Shown here: positions 10,465 through 20,057 of the stretch, piece by piece
Numbering within the stretch: the first letter of the stretch is position 1
Layout of the letters: each line of letters begins with the position of its first letter
Origin: a virus
IMG/VR virus record: IMGVR_UViG_3300019757_000093
Coordinates: 1-64,000 of that record
Length of the DNA: 64,000 bases
Direction: 5' to 3' (one strand)
Program-made: the position numbers and the translations under genes
The notes under the pieces: model-generated
The model's input: only the letters and a program-made list of their open reading frames with translations
Databases searched by the model: none
What the model was told of the DNA's origin: nothing

Positions 10465-11085
10465 TTAATAATCTCTTACCAATTTTAATTTTCTAATTTC
10501 CTCTTTTACTTCTTGAGAAATAGTACTACTTTCTAAATCTTGCATTATTCTAGAATGTATTAAACCACCTAGACTTCCATTTAAACCATAGATTTCTTGT
10601 TTATTATTTATCTCTAAATGCTTTAATAATAAAAGAATAATATATTCATTATTTCGCTGTAAAGCAGATAATAAAGTAGTTCCATCTAAATCTACATCCG
10701 TAACGAAAATATTATCTAATATAAACTTAAATATTTTTGGTCTATTACATTTAGCAGCGGCCATAACATTAGATTGTAATCCTACAAAAGCAGCACTATT
10801 TAATACACCATCATTATGAAACATATCTGATTGAAATAAAGTTCCATAGTAGTTATTAAATAGTAATAATAATTCATCGTCATCAAAATTAGGCATTATC
10901 TCAGCATCTACTTTAGTTGCTTCTCCTAATTTTTCTTTGAATCTTAACCACCAACCAAGTGGAGCAGATCCATTATTTTCATCACAAATCTTAGTAAATA
11001 AATCTTTAAAGTATTGTGGGTTTTTTACTATTTCTATCAGTTGATCTTTATCTAATTTATCACAAATATCCATTGTATTGTTCAT
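10465..11085 (-). CDS. ankyrin-repeat-like protein
   Basis: AAAKCNRPKIFKFILDN..DVD..GTTLLSALQRNNEYIILLLL resembles two degenerate ankyrin repeats. Confidence 0.5.
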   Translation of the reverse strand: MNNTMDICDKLDKDQLIEIVKNPQYFKDLFTKICDENNGSAPLGWWLRFKEKLGEATKVDAEIMPNFDDDELLLLFNNYYGTLFQSDMFHNDGVLNSAAFVGLQSNVMAAAKCNRPKIFKFILDNIFVTDVDLDGTTLLSALQRNNEYIILLLLKHLEINNKQEIYGLNGSLGGLIHSRIMQDLESSTISQEVKEEIRKLKLVRDY

Positions 11086-11097
11086 AGTTTCTCCTTT

Positions 11098-11307
11098 TTA
11101 TTTTAAACTAAAAGAACCATTTCCTTTTATCATTGATAAAGGTTTAGCTAGTTCTTTTTCTCTATTTTCTCGAGTGAACTTTTCTTGTTTTAAAAGTTTT
11201 AATAATTGTTTATCTCGATTACCTACTTTTCTAGTAACTTCTCTTTCCATTGTTTTTAATAATTCCATAAACGCCATACATCTCCTTTTAAGATAAGCTA
11301 AATCCAT
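11098..11307 (-). CDS. small hypothetical protein
   Basis: 69 aa, AAGGA RBS. Confidence 0.6.
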   Translation of the reverse strand: MDLAYLKRRCMAFMELLKTMEREVTRKVGNRDKQLLKLLKQEKFTRENREKELAKPLSMIKGNGSFSLK

Positions 11308-11533
11308 TCTTTCCTTTTTTTATGGAAAGCTTTTTTGATTTTTGCTTTTTTAATTCTTCTTGTTCTTTCTTGAATTTTTTTAATTCTTTATTAACAAATT
11401 TATAATATAAACCTTGGATATCGACATAAGAACTATCCTCGTTGGAGTTACTATTCCAAGTTTCCGTTCTATAATATCTGTTATTTTTATTACCTCCTAG
11501 AGAGTCCCAAAAAACATCAATATCTATATTCAT
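11288..11533 (-). CDS. small hypothetical protein
   Basis: 81 aa operonic ORF. Confidence 0.6.
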   Translation of the reverse strand: MNIDIDVFWDSLGGNKNNRYYRTETWNSNSNEDSSYVDIQGLYYKFVNKELKKFKKEQEELKKQKSKKLSIKKGKNGFSLS

Positions 11534-11535
11534 AT

Positions 11536-12594
11536 CTATTTCTTTTTATCGGCCTGTCTAAATAAGTCAGCTGAAGAAATTTTTTTAGGTTCTTCTTTTT
11601 TAGTGTATTTAGATGTATCTCCACATACTCCAGAAAATGAGAAAGTTTTATTTAGATCTACTTGATCAGCCCCAGCAAATGGAATATAATTTTCTGGTTT
11701 TTTAAAAGCATCACCTAAAACAGTATCATTAATAGCTTGTTGTTCTGGATTATTAATACAACCAGAACATGGACCAAGTACCTGAGATATATCGACTGTC
11801 ATATCTCTCATCTTATTCATATTATCTGTCGAGATTTCACTTAGATCAATAACAGTACTACATCTATCATATTCTCCAAATACTAATCTTCCTTTTTCTG
11901 TAATCATCGGTTTACAAAAAGTTGTTATACTATGAGTTTTTATATAATCAATAGCTTTAAAAAGTTTTCCGTCCATCTCTTTAAGAACGTTATACATATT
12001 AAAACAACTAGTACTTTTTCTGAAAGCTTCTTTTTGATGTTTAGTAATACTTCTCATATTATCTTTTGCCCTACCAACTGGAATAATACCATTAGGTAAA
12101 TCATTACATACTATTATTCCTAAACCTTCTCCGTACTTCTTTACTAATTTATTAAACCCTTTTTCAATTTGAGGATATCTCTTTTTATGATTAGGATATA
12201 ATTTTGGAACTGTAGTAATTTGCATTAGTAAATGATCATTATTACGTAATCTTTTAATTACCTCTTTTTTCATTTTCTTTAAATCAGCTCGTTGTAATTC
12301 GTCTTTAGCTGGTTTTTGAAAAATCTCCCCATTAGAAATAATTGTTATAGGTAGTGTTAATTCTCCATCAGGCCCTTTAAAAGCCTTCAGGTATTTATCA
12401 AGAATTGTAATAAATTCTGGATGAGTTAAAGGCTCTCCACCAGTTATTTGAATAGTAGTAGTCAATGGACTTAACTTAGAAAATGCTATCATTTTATCTA
12501 TCATTCCTAAAGTCGCATGTTCTCCTAAAACAGTACTATTTTGCATACAGTGAGGACAACCCTCCTCACAATAATTTGTAATTCTATGTGTCAT
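11536..12594 (-). CDS. radical SAM protein
   Basis: CEEGCPHC (CxxxCxxC), ITGGEPLTHP, ISNG, GRA and C-terminal Cys cluster (SPASM/twitch-like). Confidence 0.92.
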   Translation of the reverse strand: MTHRITNYCEEGCPHCMQNSTVLGEHATLGMIDKMIAFSKLSPLTTTIQITGGEPLTHPEFITILDKYLKAFKGPDGELTLPITIISNGEIFQKPAKDELQRADLKKMKKEVIKRLRNNDHLLMQITTVPKLYPNHKKRYPQIEKGFNKLVKKYGEGLGIIVCNDLPNGIIPVGRAKDNMRSITKHQKEAFRKSTSCFNMYNVLKEMDGKLFKAIDYIKTHSITTFCKPMITEKGRLVFGEYDRCSTVIDLSEISTDNMNKMRDMTVDISQVLGPCSGCINNPEQQAINDTVLGDAFKKPENYIPFAGADQVDLNKTFSFSGVCGDTSKYTKKEEPKKISSADLFRQADKKK

Positions 12595-12606
12595 TCTTTT
12601 TGCTCC

Positions 12607-13113
12607 TTACCAGCTTAATTCTTGTTCTAAAATAAAGTTCTTATCTTTATCTTCTAAACTACGTTGTTTTTTTATAATAAGACTATTCTTAATATATAAC
12701 TGTAACTCATGAGGTAAACAATTAGCCATAATAGCTTGTTTACATAAGAATCTAATATCCTCATTATCAACATTACTTGTTTCAAAGTACTTTTCAAAAT
12801 TCTTTCTTCTGAATTCATGTATTTGATTATCGTTATAATTTTCTATTAATATAATATAAATTATAAGAATTACGAAAAATAGAAGAGCGCTAATACCATT
12901 TGATACTAAACTAATATCTTGTGATCTTTCAATCATTAATAATACCCCGAAATTATATAATAAACCACACAATAAAGTTATAGTTATAAATATATTTAGT
13001 AATAGTGGCTTTAATAATTTTTTTGGAGAAGTACTTTGATTATATTCTTTGAACTTATATAATGCTATAAATTCCTCAAAATTATGTACTTCCTTATATG
13101 TATTTTTAAACAC
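12607..13113 (-). CDS. two-TM membrane protein
   Basis: Two long hydrophobic stretches. Confidence 0.7.
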   Translation of the reverse strand: MFKNTYKEVHNFEEFIALYKFKEYNQSTSPKKLLKPLLLNIFITITLLCGLLYNFGVLLMIERSQDISLVSNGISALLFFVILIIYIILIENYNDNQIHEFRRKNFEKYFETSNVDNEDIRFLCKQAIMANCLPHELQLYIKNSLIIKKQRSLEDKDKNFILEQELSW

Positions 13114-13133
13114 GTTTTTCCTTTTATTTTAAT

Positions 13134-13529
13134 TTATTTATTTTTAATGTATTTAATTTCTTCTTCGCTTAACTTAGAATATACCTTATCTAATTTTTCA
13201 ATCTTAGTTTCTTCTGTAATATCTATTTCTTGTATATTACTAACACCAACTGTTATTACCATTAGAGTACCTGGAACTATCTTATTATCATAATATTCTC
13301 CACTTTTTCTTCTAAAATCAATTACTACTTTATTACGAATATCATCGGTTGCTTTAGTAGCTTTTTTTATACCTACATATTCTATTTTAGACCAATCAGC
13401 ATATTCGCTAGTACTATCTATATTTAAACAATAAATTTCACCTGAGTTATCCTTAGCCAGGAAAATATCTTTCGTGAACTTACTATCTTGTTTTTCTATA
13501 GCTTCTTGTAAATCATTTATATTTGTCAT
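13134..13529 (-). CDS. hypothetical protein
   Basis: 131 aa, AAGGA RBS. Confidence 0.7.
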   Translation of the reverse strand: MTNINDLQEAIEKQDSKFTKDIFLAKDNSGEIYCLNIDSTSEYADWSKIEYVGIKKATKATDDIRNKVVIDFRRKSGEYYDNKIVPGTLMVITVGVSNIQEIDITEETKIEKLDKVYSKLSEEEIKYIKNK

Positions 13530-13540
13530 TTTTTTCCTTT

Positions 13541-13894
13541 TTAGTATTCAATAAGTAAATCAGATGCATTGGAAATATTATCATCTTGATATTCTTTTAT
13601 TTTTTTATCTGCTTCTTCATTAATATAAATTTCCATATATCTTCTCAAACCAAGAATAGTTATTTCTGATAACGTGCTACCAGTAATAAGTTCATAAAAA
13701 GTTTTAGTAAATGATAGAAATATTTCTTTAATATAATGTATTTGCGACATAGCAGTTGTATTATGGGTTCTCATAGTATCAAGTAAAAATCTATTTCCAT
13801 GTTGGAATAAACCTGATTTCATAGCTTCTGCCGCTAATTCAAAATAAGTCATATAATCGCATTCGTTAGTTTCTATAAATATTTTCTGTTTCAT
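13541..13894 (-). CDS. hypothetical protein
   Basis: 117 aa, GGGA RBS. Confidence 0.7.
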   Translation of the reverse strand: MKQKIFIETNECDYMTYFELAAEAMKSGLFQHGNRFLLDTMRTHNTTAMSQIHYIKEIFLSFTKTFYELITGSTLSEITILGLRRYMEIYINEEADKKIKEYQDDNISNASDLLIEY

Positions 13895-13902
13895 TTTATC
13901 CC

Positions 13903-14154
13903 CTAATTTGAAGTACGAACTTCTATTTGATCTATATGATCCGGTAAATCTTTTAAATTAATAGTACGTGAAAAACAACCATTACCAGCTCCAGTAATTA
14001 CCTCTGGAATATACGGAGATTCTTCTATAATATCCATAATTTCCTGAGTAGTCTCTAAACCTAATTCATCATTATTATTTTTAATAACTCGAGCTTTTTG
14101 AGCTCTTGTTACACTATCAGTTGAATGGCCATAAATAGCAATCGTTCGTCCCAT
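13903..14154 (-). CDS. hypothetical protein
   Basis: 83 aa, AAGGA RBS. Confidence 0.65.
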   Translation of the reverse strand: MGRTIAIYGHSTDSVTRAQKARVIKNNNDELGLETTQEIMDIIEESPYIPEVITGAGNGCFSRTINLKDLPDHIDQIEVRTSN

Positions 14155-14167
14155 TTTAAATCCTTTT

Positions 14168-14587
14168 TTATTTATTAAATTTTTTTTTGAATTCTTCTAC
14201 TTCAAATTTCATGTTAGTTAGAAAGTTTTTAAAAGATAATCCAGTAATAGCAAAACCATCTGAACTTCCTAACTTTCTAGTACCTATACCCATAGCAGTA
14301 TTTACTATTTCTATTTTATATTTTTCACTAGTAAGAGTATTACTTTTTGCCTTTTGAGTACTTAAATGTTTCATGTACTTATAAAAAAGATCACATTCTC
14401 TTTCTGGTTCAATACCAACAGCTTTTTGAAATTTAGTAATATCGTCTATGATCGTGATATTCGGATAATCTCCTCTATCATAAGCTTCTTTATTACTTTC
14501 ATCTATGATTAGCTTACATCTATTTAATAGATTAGTAGCTGCTAATAACTTATCCTCTAAAGCAATATTTTTTTCTTTTAATGTCAT
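14168..14587 (-). CDS. hypothetical protein
   Basis: 139 aa, AAGGT RBS. Confidence 0.7.
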   Translation of the reverse strand: MTLKEKNIALEDKLLAATNLLNRCKLIIDESNKEAYDRGDYPNITIIDDITKFQKAVGIEPERECDLFYKYMKHLSTQKAKSNTLTSEKYKIEIVNTAMGIGTRKLGSSDGFAITGLSFKNFLTNMKFEVEEFKKKFNK

Positions 14588-14597
14588 AATTTACCTT

Positions 14598-15026
14598 TTA
14601 CTCTATCCACTCAGAAATAAATTCTTTATGTTTTAATTGATTCTCCGTTAGTCTATTACTTTTTATATAACATACCGCTAAGAAAACCTGATCTAAATAT
14701 GGTTCTTTTACAAGAATTCTAGATCTAGTATATAATTCTGGAACTCCTTCAAACCAATCTAATTCATCCATTTGAGAAGTTGGTACTTCCCAAATTTCCC
14801 CTTTAATAATTTTACCTTCTCCTAAGGGAGCTTTTTGTAAAAAAGGAAAATATCTTTTCGATTTAAACATAAAATGGCCATATTTAGTTTCGGTTTTATA
14901 TAAAAACTCAGCTCCTAATTTTTGCATTACGGCATTATTACAACAGTCGCTTTTTAAAGTACCATATACAAATACTTTCTTTGTTTGAGGAATAGGTAAA
15001 TCCCTATCCTCGTTATTTATATCCAT
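14598..15026 (-). CDS. gamma-glutamylcyclotransferase (GGCT/AIG2-like)
   Basis: VFVYGTLK, IKGEIWEV, LDWFEG..LYTR motifs. Confidence 0.9.
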   Translation of the reverse strand: MDINNEDRDLPIPQTKKVFVYGTLKSDCCNNAVMQKLGAEFLYKTETKYGHFMFKSKRYFPFLQKAPLGEGKIIKGEIWEVPTSQMDELDWFEGVPELYTRSRILVKEPYLDQVFLAVCYIKSNRLTENQLKHKEFISEWIE

Positions 15027-15038
15027 AGTATATCCTTT

Positions 15039-15392
15039 TTAATCTTTGGAAAATTCTATATCTAAATCTTCTAATCTAAAAATACAATTCATTAATTCTG
15101 GTCTAGCTTCTCCTGGTTCAAAATCACTAGTATTAAACATTACCAAAGCCATTTTTTCATTTCTTTCTTTAATAAGTACTTTCTTACCAATAGTACCTGG
15201 AAGATTCCAAATACAAGCAAAGTTTACTTGTACTTGATTATTTAATTTAATTTCTTCTGGGAATTCTTGAAAGCTATCAGTCTTAAATTCTGCTTCAAAA
15301 GCATCCATAAGTTTTTGAAAATTCTCTTGATTCTTTTCTATTGTATCGAAAGGAGCAGCCACTAACTCATTTATTTGATATATTTTACTCAT
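15039..15392 (-). CDS. hypothetical protein
   Basis: 117 aa, GGAG RBS. Confidence 0.7.
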   Translation of the reverse strand: MSKIYQINELVAAPFDTIEKNQENFQKLMDAFEAEFKTDSFQEFPEEIKLNNQVQVNFACIWNLPGTIGKKVLIKERNEKMALVMFNTSDFEPGEARPELMNCIFRLEDLDIEFSKD

Positions 15393-15417
15393 TTTTTTCT
15401 CCGTTTTAATTTAATTT

Positions 15418-15846
15418 TTATTGTTCGAAAACAAACTTAGCTATTAATGATACTAATAAAGATATTTGAGAATCAAGTTTCTTTAATAATTCATCCACCT
15501 CAAATTTATTAGTATAATAAGTTTTTAATCTATCTATTCCCGTATGAATATTTTCAAGTAAAACATAATCTTCTACTGATAACTCATTCATGAATGGAAG
15601 AAACTTTAATTCCGTACCCAATAATTTACATTCATTTTGTAACATATTTAATTTTTTAATATTATCATTTTTTGGATTCTTAATTAAATATCTAGAAATC
15701 AACCCTATATTGGCAGCTTTTGTATTTAGAGCATGACAAAGTTCATCGTTTTCTTTTATTTTTAACTCAAGATTTTCTAGTCCAGGAATATCTAATTTAC
15801 AAAGATTTTTAAGTACTAGTTTAGGGATATTATCATTTATTAGCAT
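15418..15846 (-). CDS. hypothetical helical protein, paralog of 16000..16440
   Basis: N-termini align: IPKLVLKNLCKLDIPGLENL vs LPIESLKALCLLKVPGYEKL. Confidence 0.7.
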   Translation of the reverse strand: MLINDNIPKLVLKNLCKLDIPGLENLELKIKENDELCHALNTKAANIGLISRYLIKNPKNDNIKKLNMLQNECKLLGTELKFLPFMNELSVEDYVLLENIHTGIDRLKTYYTNKFEVDELLKKLDSQISLLVSLIAKFVFEQ

Positions 15847-16003
15847 TCTTATTACCTTTCTTTCTTTTTAATTTTCTTCTACGTCTAGAACAACTTCTCT
15901 TATCAAAACATGCGATTGGAGTTCTATGATGAATCCAACCCTCTATATTTAATTTAGAATCTGGTTGTTTGCTTTTGCATAAATAACAAGTACCTGTACT
16001 CAT
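15833..16003 (-). CDS. 56-aa zinc-finger-like basic microprotein (not in ORF track)
   Basis: Manual translation MSTGTCYLCKSKQPDSKLNIEGWIHHRTPIACFDKRSCSRRRRKLKRKKGNKNANK; fills the gap exactly and overlaps both neighbours (ATGA). Confidence 0.7.
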   Translation of the reverse strand: MSTGTCYLCKSKQPDSKLNIEGWIHHRTPIACFDKRSCSRRRRKLKRKKGNKNANK

Positions 16004-16440
16004 ACTAAGGTCTTTTCTTTATAATTACTAGCACTAATATATATAAATTTTATAGAGTTATCTATAATAATTAATTCCTTTTTGAATTTTTTAGATTCTA
16101 CAAAGCTTTCTAATGTAAAAATATTCTCTATATGTTTTATAACTACAACAATATGAGCTTCTACTCGAGGATTTATTTCTAAAAAAGTCCTAGCTATAAT
16201 ATTATTTTTTAAAGCTTTCATACAATTTTTTAAAACAGTTAATCTTTTAGATAGTACTTCGTTCCACACTACATTAGCCGTTTCTATATTCTCTATAGTT
16301 GCCTCCATGGATTGAATTCTATCTTCAAAGAATAATATTTCTTTTTCCATATTATCCACAGCCTCTTGAAGTTTTTCATAACCTGGTACTTTTAGTAGGC
16401 ATAAAGCCTTTAATGATTCTATTGGTAAATTAACTAACAT
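16000..16440 (-). CDS. hypothetical helical protein, paralog of 15418..15846
   Basis: See paralog; AAGGAG RBS. Confidence 0.7.
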   Translation of the reverse strand: MLVNLPIESLKALCLLKVPGYEKLQEAVDNMEKEILFFEDRIQSMEATIENIETANVVWNEVLSKRLTVLKNCMKALKNNIIARTFLEINPRVEAHIVVVIKHIENIFTLESFVESKKFKKELIIIDNSIKFIYISASNYKEKTLV

Positions 16441-16741
16441 ATTTTTCTCCTTCTATGTTATCTAGTTCTAATGTATTTGGTCTATTATCGGAAGCTGGTA
16501 ATTCATTTTTATAAATAATATTTCCATGCCCATCAATAACCTTAACAACTCTTCTTACTTTTTCATTACATTGTATATACATATCATCATTACCTAATTG
16601 ATAGTTACCATCAATATTATCACTAAAACAATATTTCTGTTTAAAATCTTTTAGATTCTTAATTTCATTATAATCGTCTAAACCACTTAATGGAGCAGCC
16701 GTACATATTACAGTACCATTATCTAGTATACCTATTCTCAT
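16430..16741 (-). CDS. hypothetical protein
   Basis: 103 aa, AAGGA RBS. Confidence 0.65.
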   Translation of the reverse strand: MRIGILDNGTVICTAAPLSGLDDYNEIKNLKDFKQKYCFSDNIDGNYQLGNDDMYIQCNEKVRRVVKVIDGHGNIIYKNELPASDNRPNTLELDNIEGEKYVS

Positions 16742-16767
16742 ATTATTTCCTTTAAATTAAATCTTTT

Positions 16768-16793
16768 GCTAATAGCTAGCTCACTATACTAAG
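16768..16793. repeat. AGCT-rich dispersed repeat, short form
   Basis: GCTAATAGCTAGCTCACTATACTAAG identical to 60356-60381. Confidence 0.9.
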
Positions 16794-17552
16794 TTATTTA
16801 ACCACTTTAAACTTATATACCTTACTTAAATAATCAAATATGTATTCTTGATTAGAATAATCAATATCTAATTTAAAATAAGTATTCATAAAAAAGGTTA
16901 TACCTTTAGTAGTACTTTGCCTGAACTTATCGTTAAATCCAGAAGGATTGACTCCTCTCATAAAGATACCTTCCCCTTTTTTTATTTTTATTTGGACTTC
17001 TCCGTCCGAAATAATTCCCCCATTTTTTAAATGAACTTTTAAATTATCATAATGATTTTTTATTTCATCTAAATCCGCTAGAGTAATAAAATCTAGAGAG
17101 TTACTTTCTAATTCATTATCTTCTTTAGAAGCTTTAGACTGGACTATTTTTTTTATATCTTCTTCCGTTGGGGTTAAATAATTTTGGACTTGTTTACCTA
17201 ATTTTTTATTTTCCATTTTTAAAAAAATTACTTGGGTTAGTAACTCTTCTTTTTCAACATCATTTGAAGAGTTAACATATAATGTTATAGAGGTTATAAC
17301 TGCCATTAATAGACAAATGAAGAGAATTTCAATTCTCTGTTTATAATCTCCAATAATATTACGATATCTAGCTATAATATTATTATAATTAACATCCTCC
17401 ATTTCTCTGTATCTATCCTGTAATACTAAAGATTGTTTTAAATGAAAAATTTCATTTTGTAATTTGGATACTTCTGGAATATCAGGTTTAGATAAACTAT
17501 TCCGAATAACTATTTTTATTCCTTTCTTTTGAAGAATTCCTGGTTGACTCAT
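16794..17552 (-). CDS. single-TM coiled-coil protein
   Basis: Hydrophobic helix ILFICLLMAVITSITLYV flanked by heptads. Confidence 0.7.
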   Translation of the reverse strand: MSQPGILQKKGIKIVIRNSLSKPDIPEVSKLQNEIFHLKQSLVLQDRYREMEDVNYNNIIARYRNIIGDYKQRIEILFICLLMAVITSITLYVNSSNDVEKEELLTQVIFLKMENKKLGKQVQNYLTPTEEDIKKIVQSKASKEDNELESNSLDFITLADLDEIKNHYDNLKVHLKNGGIISDGEVQIKIKKGEGIFMRGVNPSGFNDKFRQSTTKGITFFMNTYFKLDIDYSNQEYIFDYLSKVYKFKVVK

Positions 17553-17553
17553 A

Positions 17554-18177
17554 TTATACCTTTATATTAATCTGGTCTATAGTTAAATCATTCACTTGTT
17601 TATTAAATTCTTTTAATTCTTTACTAAAGATCTTTTTATAGAATTCTGGATAATTAACATATCCGTTAGTTCCGTATTTATCTTTAATATGTTCAAAGGC
17701 TAATTGTATTTTAGTACTATCATCTTCTAACTTAGAATTAAAACTTAACGAACGATCAATAATTTTATCTAAATCTGGTTTACCTCTATCGGCACTAGCA
17801 ATTATAATCTCTAATAAATTTTCTCTTTCCCCTTTATAACTTGCTCTATGCTTTCTAACAGCATCCGCCATATTAAGTACATCGTTTATATCAGTGAATT
17901 CTTTTATAAATTCATCTCTTCTTTCTGTAATATACATTCCCGCTAGTAAGTGATGTTGTTTTCTATCCTTCCAAGTAAATATATCATGGATATAAGAACT
18001 AAGAATAACTTTTTTTACATTAATAATTCCAGTGTATCCATTTTCCTTTGCCAATTCTAAGGCTAGGTTACATACATCATCAGCATGATCTATTAAATGT
18101 CCACCATCATTTTTATCGTAAAATTTTTTATAGAATTCTCTGACTCTTGATCGGTATAAAATTAATTTTTTACCCAT
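17554..18177 (-). CDS. HD-domain phosphohydrolase
   Basis: GHLIDHADDV, YIHDIF, HRAS, ASADR motifs. Confidence 0.88.
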   Translation of the reverse strand: MGKKLILYRSRVREFYKKFYDKNDGGHLIDHADDVCNLALELAKENGYTGIINVKKVILSSYIHDIFTWKDRKQHHLLAGMYITERRDEFIKEFTDINDVLNMADAVRKHRASYKGERENLLEIIIASADRGKPDLDKIIDRSLSFNSKLEDDSTKIQLAFEHIKDKYGTNGYVNYPEFYKKIFSKELKEFNKQVNDLTIDQINIKV

Positions 18178-18489
18178 TTTTACCCTTTTTTTATTTTTCC
18201 ATTTTTTTGGTTTTTTCCACGTAATAAAATAATTGTATTTTTCAATACTATCATCTTATCTGATTATAATATATCTATACTTTAATTTACTTATTTTAAA
18301 GCCTATGCTTTTATAATAGCTTAGCTTAAGATAGCTATAGCTTAGTATAGTGCTCCAGCTATCCTGTTTTTAAACCGAGTGGAATTTCGTCTCTAGGGAA
18401 TTTAGGCCCTTATCTATAATTCTTTAACTTTAAAATCTTTTTCCAGCTATATTAGATATATTAAAGATAAAAACTTTAAAGGAAAAACA
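18178..18489. promoter_or_regulatory. divergent control region with candidate early promoters
   Basis: Strand switch; GATATATTATAAT on minus (18275-18263) and TATATTAGATATATTA on plus (18448-18463). Confidence 0.55.
18315..18362 (+). repeat. 48-bp AGCT-rich repeat, full copy 1
   Basis: AATAGCTTAGCTTAAGATAGCTATAGCTTAGTATAGTGCTCCAGCTAT, identical at 61654-61701 (+) and 34997-35044 (-). Confidence 0.95.
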
Positions 18490-19236
18490 ATGTCATTAAA
18501 CGATTCTTATACCTTTTACGACGAAAACGACGTATCCTATATTCCACCTACCTCTGTTACTCCCCAACTACCAGAACCTAGAACTATTATGATTCATGAA
18601 TTAACACAGGAAGTAATGGACATATTAACCCAGTATTCTAGAAGTACTGATATTTTTACATTCGATGATGGTTTATATAGTAATTATATGAATTATAGTT
18701 TACTTAGTGCTTTTCATAATGAAAAAATATTTTTTTACAATTCGGGGATTTTAAGGAGTAGGGAGATACCTCCAAAGTCATCAGTTATTAAAGCGGCGGA
18801 AGCCCATAGGAAATTAAAAATGGATGGAACTGATGACTTTCTTGATTATATGAATCCAGACGAATTACTTTATCTAGATACATGTACTAATAATTTTTTA
18901 GGTAGTCACGGACATACTCATAATAAAATTTGCGAAACATCATTAGTTCCAAAAATTCTTAAAAAACCAAATGGTATGTCTTTAAATTTAGGTATTAAAG
19001 ATAGTTTTGAAGCTATTAAAGAAGATATTCAAAAGAGTGTTAATTATCATTATGTATTAACTGGAACTATTCAAACTAGATTTTGCTTTCCTTATAATAT
19101 AGAAAATAATATAGTTAAAAAATTAACCAAAGAGGCTGTAAAAAATCTAGAGAAAAAATTAGGTCGTAACCAAGAATTAGATATAATATTTTATGGTCAA
19201 AATAGAATAAATGTATATGATTTACCAAACTTATAA
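18490..19236 (+). CDS. polysaccharide deacetylase (NodB/CE4-like)
   Basis: FTFDDG, GSHGHTH, FCFPYN motifs. Confidence 0.85.
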   Translation: MSLNDSYTFYDENDVSYIPPTSVTPQLPEPRTIMIHELTQEVMDILTQYSRSTDIFTFDDGLYSNYMNYSLLSAFHNEKIFFYNSGILRSREIPPKSSVIKAAEAHRKLKMDGTDDFLDYMNPDELLYLDTCTNNFLGSHGHTHNKICETSLVPKILKKPNGMSLNLGIKDSFEAIKEDIQKSVNYHYVLTGTIQTRFCFPYNIENNIVKKLTKEAVKNLEKKLGRNQELDIIFYGQNRINVYDLPNL

Positions 19237-19247
19237 AAGGAAAAAGA

Positions 19248-20057
19248 ATGAGCAAAGCGAATAATATAGCGAGAGCTAATGGGCAGATACTTGGAGGTAC
19301 CCCAATAATGGAAAGTACTAAAAAAACAATATTTTTTATTGGAGAATATACATATCATGGTCAAGTTATTAAAGATAACTTAGCAGCTGCTGGGCATACG
19401 ATAGTATGTTATGATGAAAACCTAGTTAACAGAATTGCCTCTAAGAAAGAAATAAAGAATGGACCTAAATTTGATTTAGTTATTTATTTTCCTACTTATA
19501 GTAATGAAATAGTTAGTAAAAATTATTGTCAAGATAAAGAAAATAAAAGAAGTTATATCGAAGATATGATGATATCATTTGAAAATGTTTATAAATTTGT
19601 AAAGCATTCTAAAGCGGATTTTGTACACGCGGATTTAAATTTTACTGAAGTTTACTCTGATTTTAAAGAGGCTTTATTGAATAACGATTTAACCGATATT
19701 CATAAATTTGAAATAAATAAAGGATTATGTCATTACGCTAAAGAATTATTTAGTGCTTTAGATTGTAAATCTCTTCAATTAAATATTCCTACTGTTATTA
19801 GCTCAATCGTTAATGATTATCAATGGTATCCCCTTTATAAAGCAAGTCAAGAAAAAGATATGGAATTATTAAAAGCTTATTACGAAAGAGGAAATGGAGA
19901 CGTTCAAGTACTTAGTTTTGATAATTACAGAACAACTACATTAGGTAAAATATTTAATTTTATTAGAAAACCCAAGAATACTGTTTTTGATTATCCTAGT
20001 GTAAAGATGCCTTTTAATGAGGTAATACAAAGGATACAATATGGTTTTTGGGATTAG
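19248..20057 (+). CDS. degenerate NAD-dependent epimerase/SDR-like protein
   Basis: TIFFIGEYTYHG..L...GHTIVCYD Rossmann-like start, FDLVIYF, HYAK; canonical GxxGxxG lost. Confidence 0.45.
   Translation: MSKANNIARANGQILGGTPIMESTKKTIFFIGEYTYHGQVIKDNLAAAGHTIVCYDENLVNRIASKKEIKNGPKFDLVIYFPTYSNEIVSKNYCQDKENKRSYIEDMMISFENVYKFVKHSKADFVHADLNFTEVYSDFKEALLNNDLTDIHKFEINKGLCHYAKELFSALDCKSLQLNIPTVISSIVNDYQWYPLYKASQEKDMELLKAYYERGNGDVQVLSFDNYRTTTLGKIFNFIRKPKNTVFDYPSVKMPFNEVIQRIQYGFWD

Noticed and set aside
4381-15237. Short plus-strand ORFs (4381, 10098, 11078, 13084, 15046)
   Set aside because: Antisense to well-formed operonic genes, no RBS, low-complexity hydrophobic shadows of AT-rich codons
18178-18489. 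tRNA or other known RNA gene in the long intergenic gaps (also 25360-25631, 27183-27340, 34895-35149)
   Set aside because: No cloverleaf or T-loop GTTCRA with matching arms seen by eye; tRNAscan-SE/Infernal would be decisive
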